Assembly: GCF_964355755.1 (NCBI RefSeq)
Contig: NC_092678.1
Coordinates: 6,836,422-6,900,421 of the forward strand
Direction: 5' to 3'
Origin: Antedon mediterranea
Taxonomy: Eukaryota; Animalia; Echinodermata
DNA: 64,000 nucleotides
A program made the translations under genes and the position numbers. Below the pieces are notes generated by a model that was given only the letters and a program-made list of their open reading frames with translations, was not told the DNA's origin and made no database searches. Positions within the stretch are counted from its first letter, which is position 1. Each line of letters begins with the position of its first letter. Below, piece by piece: positions 37,898 through 50,881 of the stretch.

Positions 37898-39689
37898 GGG
37901 TATTGCTAAACTGCGCAAACTGCGCAAACACTGCGCAAACAACAAAAAAAGCTGCGCAAACCTCCTTCAAACCAATTAATATTTATTAGAACACAACTAG
38001 AACTATATAGGGAGACAATTTATGAGAAAAAAAATTTGAAATTCCTTTAAGTTTGCCTTTTTTTTTGTGAAAAACTTCAATTTTTGGGAAAATTACTGAT
38101 TTCACAGCGCAAAGAACAAAAAAAGCTGCGCAAACCTCCTTCAAAACAATTAATATTGATAGAACACAACTAGAACTATATAGGGAGACAGTTTATGAGA
38201 AAAACAATTTGAAATTCCTTTAAGTTTGCCTTTTTTTGGGTGAAAAACTTCAATTTTTGGGAAAATTACTGATTTCACAGTGCAAACAACAAAAAGCTGC
38301 GCAAACCTCCTTTAAATCAATTAATATTGATTAAAACACAACTAGAACTATATAGGGAGACAATTTATGGGGAAACCAATTTGAAATTCCTTTAAGTTTT
38401 CCTTTTTTTTGGGTGAAAAACTTCAATTTTTGGGAAAATTACTGATTTCACAGCGCAAAAAAAAATAAAAGCTGCGCAAACCTTCTTTAAATCAATTAAT
38501 ATTGATTAAAACACAACTAGAACTATATAGGGAGACAATTTATGAGAAAAAAAATTTGAAATTCCTTTAAGTTTGCCTTTTTTTTGGGTGAAAAACTTCA
38601 ATTTTTGGGAAAATTACTGATTTCACAGCGCAAAGAACAAAAAAAGCTGCGCAAACCTCCTTCAAAACAATTAATATTGATAGAACACAACTAGAACTAT
38701 ATAGGGAGACAATTTATGAGAAAAAAAATTTGAAATTCCTTTAAGTTTGCCTTTTTTTGGGTGAAAAACTTCAATTTTTGGGGAAATTACTGATTTCACA
38801 GCGCAAACAACAAAAAAAGCTGCGCAAACCTTTTTTAAATCAATTAATATTGATTAAAACACAACTAGAACTATATAGGGAGACAATTTATGGGGAAACA
38901 AATTTGAAATTCCTTTAAGTTTGCCTTTTTTTGGGTGAAAAACTTCAATTTTTGGGAAAATTACTGATTTCACAGCGCAAAGAACAAAAAAGCTGCGCAA
39001 ACCTCCTTCAAAACAAAGGCAAACTTAAAGGAATTTCAAATTTTTTTTCTCATAAATTGTCTCCCTATATAGTTCTAGTTGTGTTTTAATCAATATTAAT
39101 TGATTTAAAGAAGGTTTGCGCAGCTTTTATTTTTTTTTGCGCTGTGAAATCAGTAATTTTCCCAAAAATTGAAGTTTTTCACCCAAAAAAAGGCAAACTT
39201 AAAGGAATTTCAAATTTTTTTCTCATAAATTGTCTCCCTATATAGTTCTAGTTGTGTTTTAATCAATATTAATTGATTTAAAGAAGGTTTGCGCAGCTTT
39301 TATTTTTTTTTGCGCTGTGAAATCAGTAATTTTCCCAAAAATTGAAGTTTTTCACCCAAAAAAAAGGCAAACTTAAAGGAATTTCAAATTGTTTTTCTCA
39401 TAAATTGTCTCCCTATATAGTTCTAGTTGTGTTCTATCAATATTAATTGTTTTGAAGGAGGTTTGCGCAGCTTTTTTTGTTCTTTGCGCTGTGAAATCAG
39501 TAATTTTCCCAAAAATTGAAGTTTTTCACAAAAAAAAAGGCAAACTTAAAGGAATTTCAAATTTTTTTTCTCATAAATTGTCTCCCTATATAGTTCTAGT
39601 TGTGTTCTAATAAATATTAATTGGTTTGAAGGAGGTTTGCGCAGCTTTTTTTGTTGTTTGCGCAGTGTTTGCGCAGTTTAGCAATACCC
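37898..39689. mobile_element. Foldback (Mutator-like) element built from ~175-bp tandem units in two inverted arms
   Basis: Termini GGGTATTGCTAAACTGCGCAAAC and GTTTGCGCAGTTTAGCAATACCC; perfect 9-bp TSD ctaagttac (37889-37897, 39690-39698); orientation flips at ~39015. Confidence 0.92.
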
Positions 39690-39817
39690 CTAAGTTACAG
39701 CTCCAATATTTCCCGTACAGTACTCTGTGATGGATCAAATTTACTACTAAAAAAGGCCCATTCAATACAATGTAGTTTAAAATCACAGAAGTAAGTTATT
39801 AACATACTAACATCAGT

Positions 39818-41310
39818 GGCGCTAATGCAGTTTCGTACCCACCCCTTAAAATTACTCAAAATCTTCATCCAACCTACTCACGAGTTGTCTACAACATTCT
39901 GCAATCATAAAATTGTAAAAAATCGAAAATTTTTTATTTAAAACTATTTTTAATCAATTAATACTGAGCACCCTTCGGAAATACATCGCCAGCTAGCTTC
40001 TCGAAAATCATCGCTAGGCCTGCCGATAAAAGTACGGAGGCCTCACAGGACTCTATTAAGAGTAAATAGTTGCGTTCTATAGAGGGCGTAGTTACTAACG
40101 TTTAAAGCACGCACCAAAATTATAATTTTCATTATTTCCGACATGCGTTTCGTATTTTTAATAAAGAAAATAAATACTATACAATTGCTGTATTCATCAT
40201 TGTGGGTATCATCATAATTATGTTATGTTTTTAATTTGTTCTTTCATTTTACTAGTAGAATTTCACACAGAAAAGAAGATAAATAAGGAACTGCTGACTC
40301 TTGAAGATATAAGTACTGACCAATTTTCCTCTGTTTTAGTTTATTTTACATTATGGTTTCTGTAGGTCAAATAAATAAATGAAATGAATAAAAAGAATTA
40401 CAGTACTTCATTCCTGAGTTACATTGTTAATGTTATAACACAATAATCAAGCTATGACGATTAATTGTTTTAGTATTTGTTATCACTAGCTATACTAGAA
40501 ACGCTAATGGTTTCCCTGTTTTAAGATTTTATAGAAGTATATTATTATTAATTAACATTTTTTATTCACCTATGAAAGACCTCTTCAAATACATGGAAAT
40601 AGGAAATGCAACAAAAACAGAAAGATATAATTTATTGAAATGTAATGTACAGTAATACAATAATTATAATAAAAATGTTTTCCATCAATTACTAGAATTT
40701 ATTTTACTTCTGCTGACACTGAATACATCATTTCATGTCTTTCATTTTTTCTTTTTTATCTTCTTTCCTGTTGTGTTTATTAAAATAAAATCAAATAAAA
40801 CATTACATAATGAAGCAACTATTCATTAATTTATTTCAACAATATTTTATGAGGGTGGTCCATCCAGCCGAAGCTGATCATTAGGGACCCTTACAAAAAA
40901 TATAATTTGACAAGACAATAACACACAATATTCAAAAATAAATAGAAGTTCTAAAAATTAACAACATAATTAAACACAAAATATTTCTTTATGAAAAAAA
41001 CTTAAAATCCGTTTCACGGATTATCGCCATAATATGATCATAACAGCGTCCTCTATAGATCGATGCCCTATGAGGCCTCCGTACTTTCATCGGCAGGCCT
41101 AGCGATGATTTTCGCGAAGCTAAGCTGGCGATGGATTTCTGAAGGGTGCTCAATTATTAATTGATTAAAAATAGTTATAAATAAGAAATTATCGATATTT
41201 TACCATTTTATGCTTGCTGAATGCTGTAGACAACTCGTGAGTAGGCTAGATGAAGTATTGAAATCATTTTGAGTAATTTTAAGGGGTGGGTACGAAACTG
41301 CATTAGCGCC
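39818..41310. mobile_element. Non-autonomous Mutator-like element with ~270-bp TIRs
   Basis: GGCGCTAATGCAGTTTCGTACCCACCCCTT at both ends in inverted orientation; perfect 9-bp TSD aacatcagt (39809-39817, 41311-41319). Confidence 0.9.
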
Positions 41311-41899
41311 AACATCAGTATCCTTTTCACATCTGCACAATGTAACAACGTTTAACAAGTTGTTGCCAGGTTTTGCATAGTGTGTAGACAATTTTTTAGA
41401 AAATCTCCCGAGATTTCACAATGGTCCCTTGTGAATTCTCGCAAGAAAAACACACCAACAAGAGGCTTGTGTATTTGTTCCGAAATGTTCCGAGTTCTTA
41501 CTACATGCGAGTGTATTACCCTGGTATTAACTGACCAATCATAGTAATCAAATAGCACGCAACTATTCTTTCCTCCCGGTTCACGTATGCATGTGTGAAA
41601 ACATGTAATATAGTCGGGAGATACTGTAAAAAAATTTGGCTAGCCTAGCCTCGAGATATAATAATAATAATAATATATTATAGTTATTAAATATTATTAT
41701 TATTATTATTATAATATTAGTACTACTACTAGGCCTGCCCTAGGCCTAGCTAGTACATGGAGGTATAAAAATAGATATTAAATAGGTGGCTATTAAAGCT
41801 ATGAATCTAGGCCGGGCCTATAAAATAGAGGCAATATCCAAGCAAATAATTATTCTCTTATCTCACTTATATATATTTATAACATAGTAGAAGGCTAGG

Positions 41900-42300
41900 C
41901 CTCCTTCTAGGCCTAGCGAGGTGGATGCGGAAGTAAAAATTGGTGCGGCTCGCAGTGGATTTTTCGGGAGGAAAGATTTCCGGTTTGAACGTCACAGAAA
42001 ACGGTGATTTCCTTGCAAAATAGTACTCATAAAGAAGCAAATTCCCCCATTTTACTAAACTATCTACAATGCAAAATCAATTTATAGTGTCTTCTCGCAC
42101 TGTACCTACCATTTTAGGAGTTAAATACGTTTGTTTATTGCCTTGAAAAGAAGGTGGGGGCCTGGATGGTTAAATCAAACACAGGAAAAGATCATGCGGA
42201 AACGTTACGCATGAATAAACTTACTCGTTCGCAATGCGTCATGGGAGATTTAAAGGTAGATCTCTCCCCCAGCCCCATCCAGTCGCGCATCTCCTTTTAT
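41900..42300 (-). promoter_or_regulatory. Probable ARPC4 promoter/first-exon region
   Basis: Local CpG enrichment around the ATG exon; ETS-like CGGAAGT near 41928. Confidence 0.4.
42110..42112 (-). CDS. ARPC4: ARPC4 coding exon 1 (start ATG only)
   Basis: Minus strand reads ctcctaaaATG|gtaggt in a CpG-richer region. An ATG-only first coding exon is the usual ARPC4 layout and joins exon 2 in frame. Only 3 nt, so the position is inferred. Confidence 0.75.
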
Positions 42301-44814
42301 TTTATTTTTATTATTAATTATCAATTTTTATTTATCAATTTTTAAAATCTGTAATATAGATAAAAAACATAGTGTATTATAAAAATATACAGCAGGCCCT
42401 CTCAAGAACTCAATTGTTCCTGTCTTATGGATGTGTATTCACATATATATTTATATATTTCAAATTGAACTTTTTTCGAAGTTAAAATAAAAATCCTCAA
42501 TCAATCATAAAAGATAACGCGATTGTTTTCTCTGCGGAAAACTTCGGAAACAATAATTATACACAAACCACCAATTATCTCATACAAATCAAATCAAATT
42601 ATATGACCTAAAGGGAATGAGCCATTGTTTTGTGTAGTTACAAATCTCAATTCTTCTTTAAAAAAAGTGTTTAAAATATGAAGTATTTCAAGACTTATAA
42701 TAATGCATTTATAGGCTCGGCCTATTTATGATTGATCTTGAAGATCTGACCTAGTTGAAAATACCAGATTGCAAAATGTTGTACTTTTATCAAAATTACA
42801 GCTCATCAATTCTTAGTACCCACACAATGGAACCTCGGCACTCTTTCAGCAAAGATGAATTACTCCAATCTGAATCATAATAATAATAACTTTATTGGCA
42901 AACACTTTTTGATCAGTGGCAACACACTTATTAGTGGTGCAGTCAACTTGAACTACAAATAAACATTTAGTAGGCATACAATTATGGTCCCAATTGGCCT
43001 TTGTTAATGAGTCGTAGACTAATAATACATCTTTATCTTTCTTAAACTCATAACCCTTAAATCCTTTTATGTTGAGGCAATGTTGTCGATCACTGGTTGT
43101 ATTCTCAACTTCTGCACACATAAGCTTGGTTCCCACTAGGACCTAGACTCAACGCAACGTAAGTGAGTTGACCAATCGCAAGCGACAGATTATTCGAACT
43201 GTCGCTTGTGATTGGTCAACAGGCTTGTTGCGCTTCCGTCCTTGCGTTGCGTCCTAGTGAGAACCAAGCTATACTGTAGGATGCCTAGACATACCTAAAT
43301 TAGTTTGTGCGATAACCTCGACTTCATTATAAACACGTACAATTCTAATCTTGACCTATGACCGCTCTCAGTCCGTCAAACAAGTACACATGTATGCAGG
43401 TTTACGTGAGCAGACACGATAATTGACCTACGATGCGCTCGTAAATGTAAGACTATATTGTTTCTATGATGATTAGTACGGTTGTCTCCAAACGTACCTA
43501 ATGAGTTTAGTTAGTTTATTATTATTCGTGCCAATTGTTAAAATCTAATTTACTCAATTCATTTGGGATTAAATTATTATTTGATTTGTAAATTGTTATC
43601 TTTTTTTTCCTCTATTTCTTTAAAAGTTGGTAGTTGATTATTACCATTGGATATTACCATTTAGGCCAAATGATATACAAATAATGAATGTTTATAATAA
43701 TAGATTTTTGTCATTTGAATCAAATTGAAAAGATTTTTTTAGCATAGAGAAAAAAAGTACCATTAAACGATCGTTAAATAGTGCGTAAAAGTCCACGCCA
43801 GCAATCGTCCAATCAAATGTCCAATTTAACGAAATAATTAACGCCTTAGATAGGCCAACCCATTATGAAGAGGTACCTGTCTTTCGTGTGTTTATCAGTT
43901 AGTATACGGTATAACTGATTCTCAAATGTATCCATACTTTATACAGTACCATAAGCAAATTCTAAGATCCAGTGTCAAATAATGTATCACTGTATAAGCC
44001 TTACCTAAAAAAACTTATACTTATGTTATTCATTAATTTGTATGCATTGCTGCAATTTATTTGTAAAAGTCGTAATTGAAAAATTAGATGGCTAAAGTAG
44101 AATTCAATTGATAGAGACTTGATGGGAGCTGTCCACTTTTATATCACTAATTATAAAGAAAAATCATTCATATTCTGTAAGTTTAAAAAATTGCTTTTTT
44201 CTTAACCTGATGTTATAATTAATCATATTGCATATTTAAATTACACATAATTGTTCAATATAAAATTATACATATTCTTTATATTGGAAATCGACGTTTT
44301 GCAACCAAATTTGGGGAGCGAAACATTTTTGATGTGCGGCTTGTTACCCTCCAAAAAATGTCCAGGGACCTACATGTCCATATTCCTAAAATTGTCTTAC
44401 CTCAGATCAAACGGCTAAAGTTCGATCAACGCAATTGTAATGTAAAATTTCGGTCAATTATCGCGGGCGGTGCTGATTTTGTCTTCGGATAATCAACGCA
44501 ATTTTACCTTCCAAAAACAAAATTACAACGCAACTTCTATTATATTCCTAAAATTGTTTTACCGCAGCCCAACCATGGTGGGGCTGAGGTGTGAATGACT
44601 TTAACTATAACTTCATTCGAGTCTTCATTTTACGTTGGTGTAGCTGAGTAGTTGGACCGCCGAGGGACTCCTGGGGAGTGGATTTTAGGCCACGAAATAA
44701 AACGTTTAGAACGCTGTTGTAAATAATCTTCATTAGCAATGAACAATCACAATTAAACAATAGAAGCATAGCATAAAGCAAGGAATAGTCACCTTTTCTA
44801 ATATGAAATGAAGG

Positions 44815-45430
44815 GAGGTGATAACTTTCTTCTTTAACTATCTTGATTATGAAAGAAACTTTCTAAATTCTAAAAAACAAAAGTTGATAACTTTCTAGAC
44901 TAGATTCTGAAACAAACGCTGATAACTTTCGAGATTCCAAAACAAAAGTTGATAACTTTCTAGACTAGATTCAAACAAATGTTGATAACTTTCTAGACTA
45001 GATTCTGAAACAAAGTTTATAACTTTCGAGATTTTGAAACAAAAGTTGATAACTTTCTAGACTAGATTCTAAAACAAAACTTTATACATTTCTAGACTAG
45101 ATTCTGAAACAAAAGTTAATAACTTTCTAGATTTTGAAACAAAAGTTGATAACTTTCGAGATTCTGAAAAAAAGTTGATAACTTTCTAGACTAGATTCTA
45201 AAACAGAAGTTGTTAACTTTCTAGGCTATAGATTCTGAAACAAAAGTTGATAACTTTCTAGACTAGATTCTGAAATTAATTTCTTAGTTTGCCGAATTCT
45301 AAAAAGAAAGCGTGCAACTTTTTAGAATCTGAAATAAAACTTTCTTTCTAACTTTCAGGATTATGAATAAAAGTTGATAACTTTCTGAACAAAAAATAAA
45401 GTTGATATCATTCTGAATTCTGAGAACTTT
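44815..45430. repeat. 30/35-bp minisatellite (GTTGATAACTTTCTAG[ACTAG]ATTCTGAAACAAAA)
   Basis: Direct periodicity with two length variants. Confidence 0.9.
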
Positions 45431-47486
45431 CTTGAAATGGAACGTAATGTACTTTGGGAATTGCAGGGTTGAAATTTAATAAAACCTGAAAATCTTGTCG
45501 GAAAATGAATAAAATATTTTAATATACGACTGGAGCAACAAAGACTAGCAAGCTTAGGCGAAAAGCAGCGTATGCCCAGAAAAGGCTAGACAAACCCGAA
45601 CATAAACCAAAAGAAATGCAAGAATAAGTTCATAAAAAGGTTTAATTTCAAAAGAAATACATAGTTTTATCTGTGAATATAAACAATAAATGATATAATA
45701 TATAACAACCATCTTTATTAATGTGCAGTGATGTTGTTGTGGCATGAAATTGTGAAAACAAGTTAATTCTAAATATAGAACAAGCAGAAGACAATTTCGT
45801 TATTATTCCAATCACATCAACACAATTAGTTTTATAATCAATACATCAGTAATGTTCAAAGTTGTTTTTTTCTGTGCAATTGTGAAAAACAAGTTATTTC
45901 TAAAAATAGGAAGAAAGTAACTATTTAACTTTTAATATTCGTATCACAATCTGACCATAATTAGTTGTAATTGTCAATTCCCCCCGATGTTTGCTTCTCG
46001 TATCGTGTATTCATTATTGACCATTTCTTCGCAATTGGATGCGACGCAAGGTCGAAAGCGTTTGACCAATCACGACGAGATGGATCACCCGAACTAACGC
46101 TTGTGATTGGTCAACACACTTGCGATGCATTGTTGCGTTGCGTCCTAATGGGACACAATAGGTATCTTATTATTATGGACTTACTTAAATTGACTTACTG
46201 TTTCAAATGACATAGCTGGTCTTCATTAAGAAAATATATTATGTCCACGTCTCTAATAGTTATGATCACTTAACAATGACCTTAGGATGATTGTTTCTTA
46301 ATCAAGGAACAGATATCTTTGTAACACGTAAGTTATCATTAAACAAGGCCATATACATGGCTGCAGTCGCGTGCTCAAGTTAGTGTTTACCGACAAACTG
46401 ACCGACCAACCAACCGACCGACATAGTGAGCGACTAAAAATAAATGAATTGTTTACTTGTTTAGTCTGCATTTAAGTTTGTTTTAAAGGACTTTTTCAAC
46501 TCAAATGAATTTGTAATAGCAATCAAACTTTGGTAGGCCTATTTATGTTATGTTTTGTATGTTGTGTATGTGTTTGGCTGTGTTCATTAGCGAAGTTGGG
46601 ACCGGTTAGGGCTTGGATGGGAAACCATGGCAATATTGGGTGTATTAATGGAGCTGGGGTCCCATCAGAATTCGAAATCAGCACTGCTGACTCTTATGAC
46701 ACTATACGTATTGGCTCTGACTTTTCTCTGGTCAAGGTGGGAGCTGGAAAAGAGAAGTCCAATGATAGGACCAACCAAGGTGTTTTAAACAGTCCAGGCT
46801 TATTTTCATCCATCATTCAGATGACTATTGGAGATTTATTTTACGTGTATTTATAACTCTGTCCTGATATGACAGCGTTAACATTGCAATTTGTAGCTAT
46901 TGTTTAAAAATTCATTCCATTTATTTTATTTTATGTAACTCTATAAAATAAAAAACTTGCTCGATTGTTAATATCATGTATGAATACAGTTTATTTATAT
47001 TATTTATATTAGTGTACAAATGAAACGGCTTTATAATGAGATACAAACCAAAAAATATTTCAAATTATCGTTTCAGTCAGATAAACATTGTGTAGATATG
47101 TTTATCTTAAAATTACTTAATTTCTATTTTGAATCGAATATTATTTTTAGAAATAGCACTTAGCAGTTAAATGTAGCTATCTTTGAATAGAAAATTAAAT
47201 TAAGTTTACAGAAGATATCTTTTGATATTAGCGGCACACACTGTGGAGATTTAATGGCGAATGCACTCGAATGACAGGTGAAAGCAGTACTGTACAAATA
47301 GAAGAGAAAAAAAGAATTTAATAAAATCTATATTCATGTAGTTTTTAATCTTAAAGGGAAAAGTATCTGATTAAATTAAGTATTTCACTGCCATAGAAAG
47401 TTTTGACAATTATTCTGTGACATAATTGAACGATACTAATCTCTACGGAGCCTTGTTTATTGAGATTTAAAACAAAAATGATGACA

Positions 47487-47608
47487 AACAAGGCCAACAG
47501 CCATAAGTCGCGTGCTAAAACACATAGTGATACCGGACCGACAGACAGACCGACAGACCGACCGACCGACATAGTGAACTATAGAGTCGCGTCCACGCGA
47601 CTAAAAAA
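47487..47608 (-). mobile_element. DINE-1/HINE-like non-autonomous Helentron-type element; other copies ~27966-28065, 28876-28978, 46342-46442, 55815-55900, 57457-57657
   Basis: T-run, AGTCGCGTG subterminal IR with adjacent inverted copy, (GTCG/GTCT)n microsatellite, second subTIR, short 3' hairpin; no TSD seen. Confidence 0.7.
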
Positions 47609-48740
47609 GTTAGTTTGTGATGATGTAATCGTCAATGTGCGTTCAAATATTGACCTTTCGTTTTAACAGCGCGCTAATACTAGACCATGCTTCTTAAAAT
47701 AAAAGTAAATAGTTATTCTGCGCAGATGTTTCTGAGGGTATGATAATTCGCACGCGTAAACGTTGTGTTTCTTTGTCGTAATGAGAAGATTTTAAACTCA
47801 TCGAATTACATATACGCAAGTATGCCCTCTATAGTATACAAAATACAATAGCATTTCACGTGACAGTAGGTATTGTTGAATATATAATTGAAGTCCAGGA
47901 AATCAGAGCTCAGACCGCGTTAGATTGTGATTAAAAAGCAACATACTGGATAACGTGCACGTTTTCACATAGCTGGATTTCAAAGGTGCGATAATAGAAC
48001 GGAGAACGGCATAGCATCAAGTTATTGAATAGCTACTGCTGTCTAGCGGATGAAATATTGTTATCAAACAGAGTCGTAGTGAACCAATATATTTTTTCTC
48101 AGACTGAGTTGTGGCGAAGTCCATTGATGAGTTTGTCGCGCTTAGGTTGTTGAAATATTTCTGTGATGTGATATATTTTGATATCTTGGTTGGATATTTG
48201 TAAAAGGTAAGAAACTGATTTTAATATTCTTTTAGACACCATATCAAGAGTTATTAACTTACGATACAAATAATCTAGATTTATAATCTATCTTAGTTAT
48301 AGGTGAATGCAGCAAATAATATCCAAATACGTACGACTTCATGTAAAACCTGAATACTTTGAAATTTTGGATTACATTTTTAACCAACGCACTCTTTCGG
48401 TTATTTACATGTTGTTAAAGAATCTATTAGTTAGTAAGAGTGTGCAGTTGGTATTGGGTTGACTGTGATAAAAAGTAAAGAATCATCATGATAAATCGAA
48501 AAAAGAAAACGGAAATGTGAAGAAGTTTTTTTTCGTAAAAAGATCAAAAACTGTTGAAGAGATAATATTAACGGAAAAGTTTAAAAGGCTTATAATTATT
48601 ATACCGTTGTAGATTTAACTACATTTAAACACGATTCTGTGATTTAACAATTGTCTCTTGTTATAGAATACTCATTGTATTCATAATAATAAGCGACCTT
48701 GTCAATATTATTCTTATCAATATCAAAATATATTCAAAAT

Positions 48741-49060
48741 CATTTTGTATCTTTTAACCTGTTTATGCATGATTTACTATGGTATTTAGCAAGTTTCCAC
48801 ATTTAAACTAAAATCATAGGCCTACGTTATCGCAGGAAAAATGTAGTTACTGTAAATGTTAGAACAATAGCAACACAAAAGACAAATACTTAACTACTAT
48901 CATTTTGTATCTTTTAACCTGTTTATGCATGATTTACTATGGTATTTAGCAGGTTTCCACATTGAAACTAAAATCATACTTTATTGCAGGAAAAAATATA
49001 GTTACTATAGTAATTGCAACAATGTTAGAAAAATAGCAAGAAAAAAGGACAAAGACCAAA
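48741..49060. repeat. 160-bp tandem duplication
   Basis: cattttgtatcttttaacctgtttatgcatg starts at both 48741 and 48901. Confidence 0.9.
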
Positions 49061-50652
49061 CTATTATTATTATTGTATATTTTATTTTATTTTTTATTTT
49101 TATTTTATTTTATTTCATACTCATCCAACAGCGAGTAACCCGCCAATTACAGGATGGATAAACTATTTAATAATTTCACAAGAGAACAAGATGCTCTACA
49201 TAAACAAAGACTTATTATTAAGTCTTTTGGGAGTTGTAAATTGTCATGAGAAAAAAACCCTGACATATGACAGGACTTGAACCCAGGACCCTTAGATTGG
49301 TAGCCAAGCATCATAACCACCAAGCCACAGCTCCAATCCAATATAAACGTTAGGATATACAAATACTGTATACAATAATCATTGTTTGTAATTGTTTAGA
49401 TTATCTAGGCCTATATTATAAATAGTGTTATAATGCTTTAACAAAATACATTTTGGAATAACATTTAATACAACTCAATATAGACATATGGTTTATTCTA
49501 ATGTGAGACTAAGTAATACAAGCTAACATAATTGTAGAAATGATAAAAAGGAGAACAAAAATGTTTCAAAAAATGTTTCTACACAACTTGAAAAATAATA
49601 ATTAAACAATTCATATTTTGAATTACTTTCATGAAGATTTATTTTTATTTATTAATGTATATCACATTACATGTCATTCTTTGCATTAATTTGCATAAAA
49701 CTACTTAATTCAGATTATTCTAAAAGCTACTTTATCGATCAGTCAAATAAAATGTAAAAAATAAACATTAGCCTAATGGAATGTAACATTAAGTATATGA
49801 GTACATTAAATCGTTTACTCGATTCGAATATTAAAAGCTAATCGGAAAAATCACTGAAACAAATTATTTTATCGATGTAAAAACATTGCTAAAATGCTTC
49901 AATAAAAACACAATCAGATTAATAGAGTGAAATGGTAAACAGTCATCTGTCACCGAGATGGGGATAACTTAAAAATCATAATAAACTGTTTGAGTTGAAA
50001 TATAGTTAAAACTTGCTTAATTACTATAATGGTAGATTAGTTTTTTTGAGATGAGTGAAAAACAACGGAAGTCGATGAAGGACCTACGGCCAGTGTGTGT
50101 GCAAGAATTTGTGGGAGGTAAAAAGTTGCTCTTTAACTAAGTTTCAATTATGTTTACAACAATATGAGTGTATACAAATTAATAATATGAACTTGTGTAG
50201 ACAGCTATTTCTGAAAAGGAAAAAAAATGATATGTACTTTTTTTTGCTGTGTAATTCTGCATGATCATAAACACTCTGTATAGGTAAAGGTTAAGAATAG
50301 TAGAAAACAGAAAGTATAAATACTTATGAAAGATTGAATAAATAAAGGTGGTGGTTAACCAAAAAAAAAAAGTTTACTAACAATTTAAATGTAAGGGTTT
50401 GTTAAAAAGGGTAGTAAACATTTTCTCTATTGCTATTTTGATTTTAAACAACTAAAATATGTACTTTTAAAACAACTATACCGTATAAAACAATACCCAA
50501 CTCGCAAACTTTTGCAGTTCACCATACAATCTGCACTCACCGTAACTACTCATAACATTCATCCTTCTCATAAACGTCATTTAAAACTCCCCCAAACCCG
50601 TGACTGCTGTTCAGACAGGAACTGCGTCAGTTTCGTACGAAAAACACTATAA

Positions 50653-50881
50653 AGCTTCATTTACACTGAACGCATTCCAGTTCGGTAATAAAAAATGAAA
50701 ATTGAGAAAACTCTGGGCTACGTCACGTTTTTTCTGTCGCACTGTGTTCACAAACTTAGTTTTGTACGAACTTTATGTGACTGGTTATAAACACTAAACT
50801 TATTTTCACGATAATTAAATTGATATCGGTCACCGGACCAGAATCCGGGCTCTGGACCGGAAGCCGGGTGTGAATGTAGCT
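50653..50881. mobile_element. Decayed Harbinger-like MITE
   Basis: Imperfect TIR AGCTTCATTTACAC / GTGTGAATGTAGCT, preceded by TAA. Confidence 0.45.
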
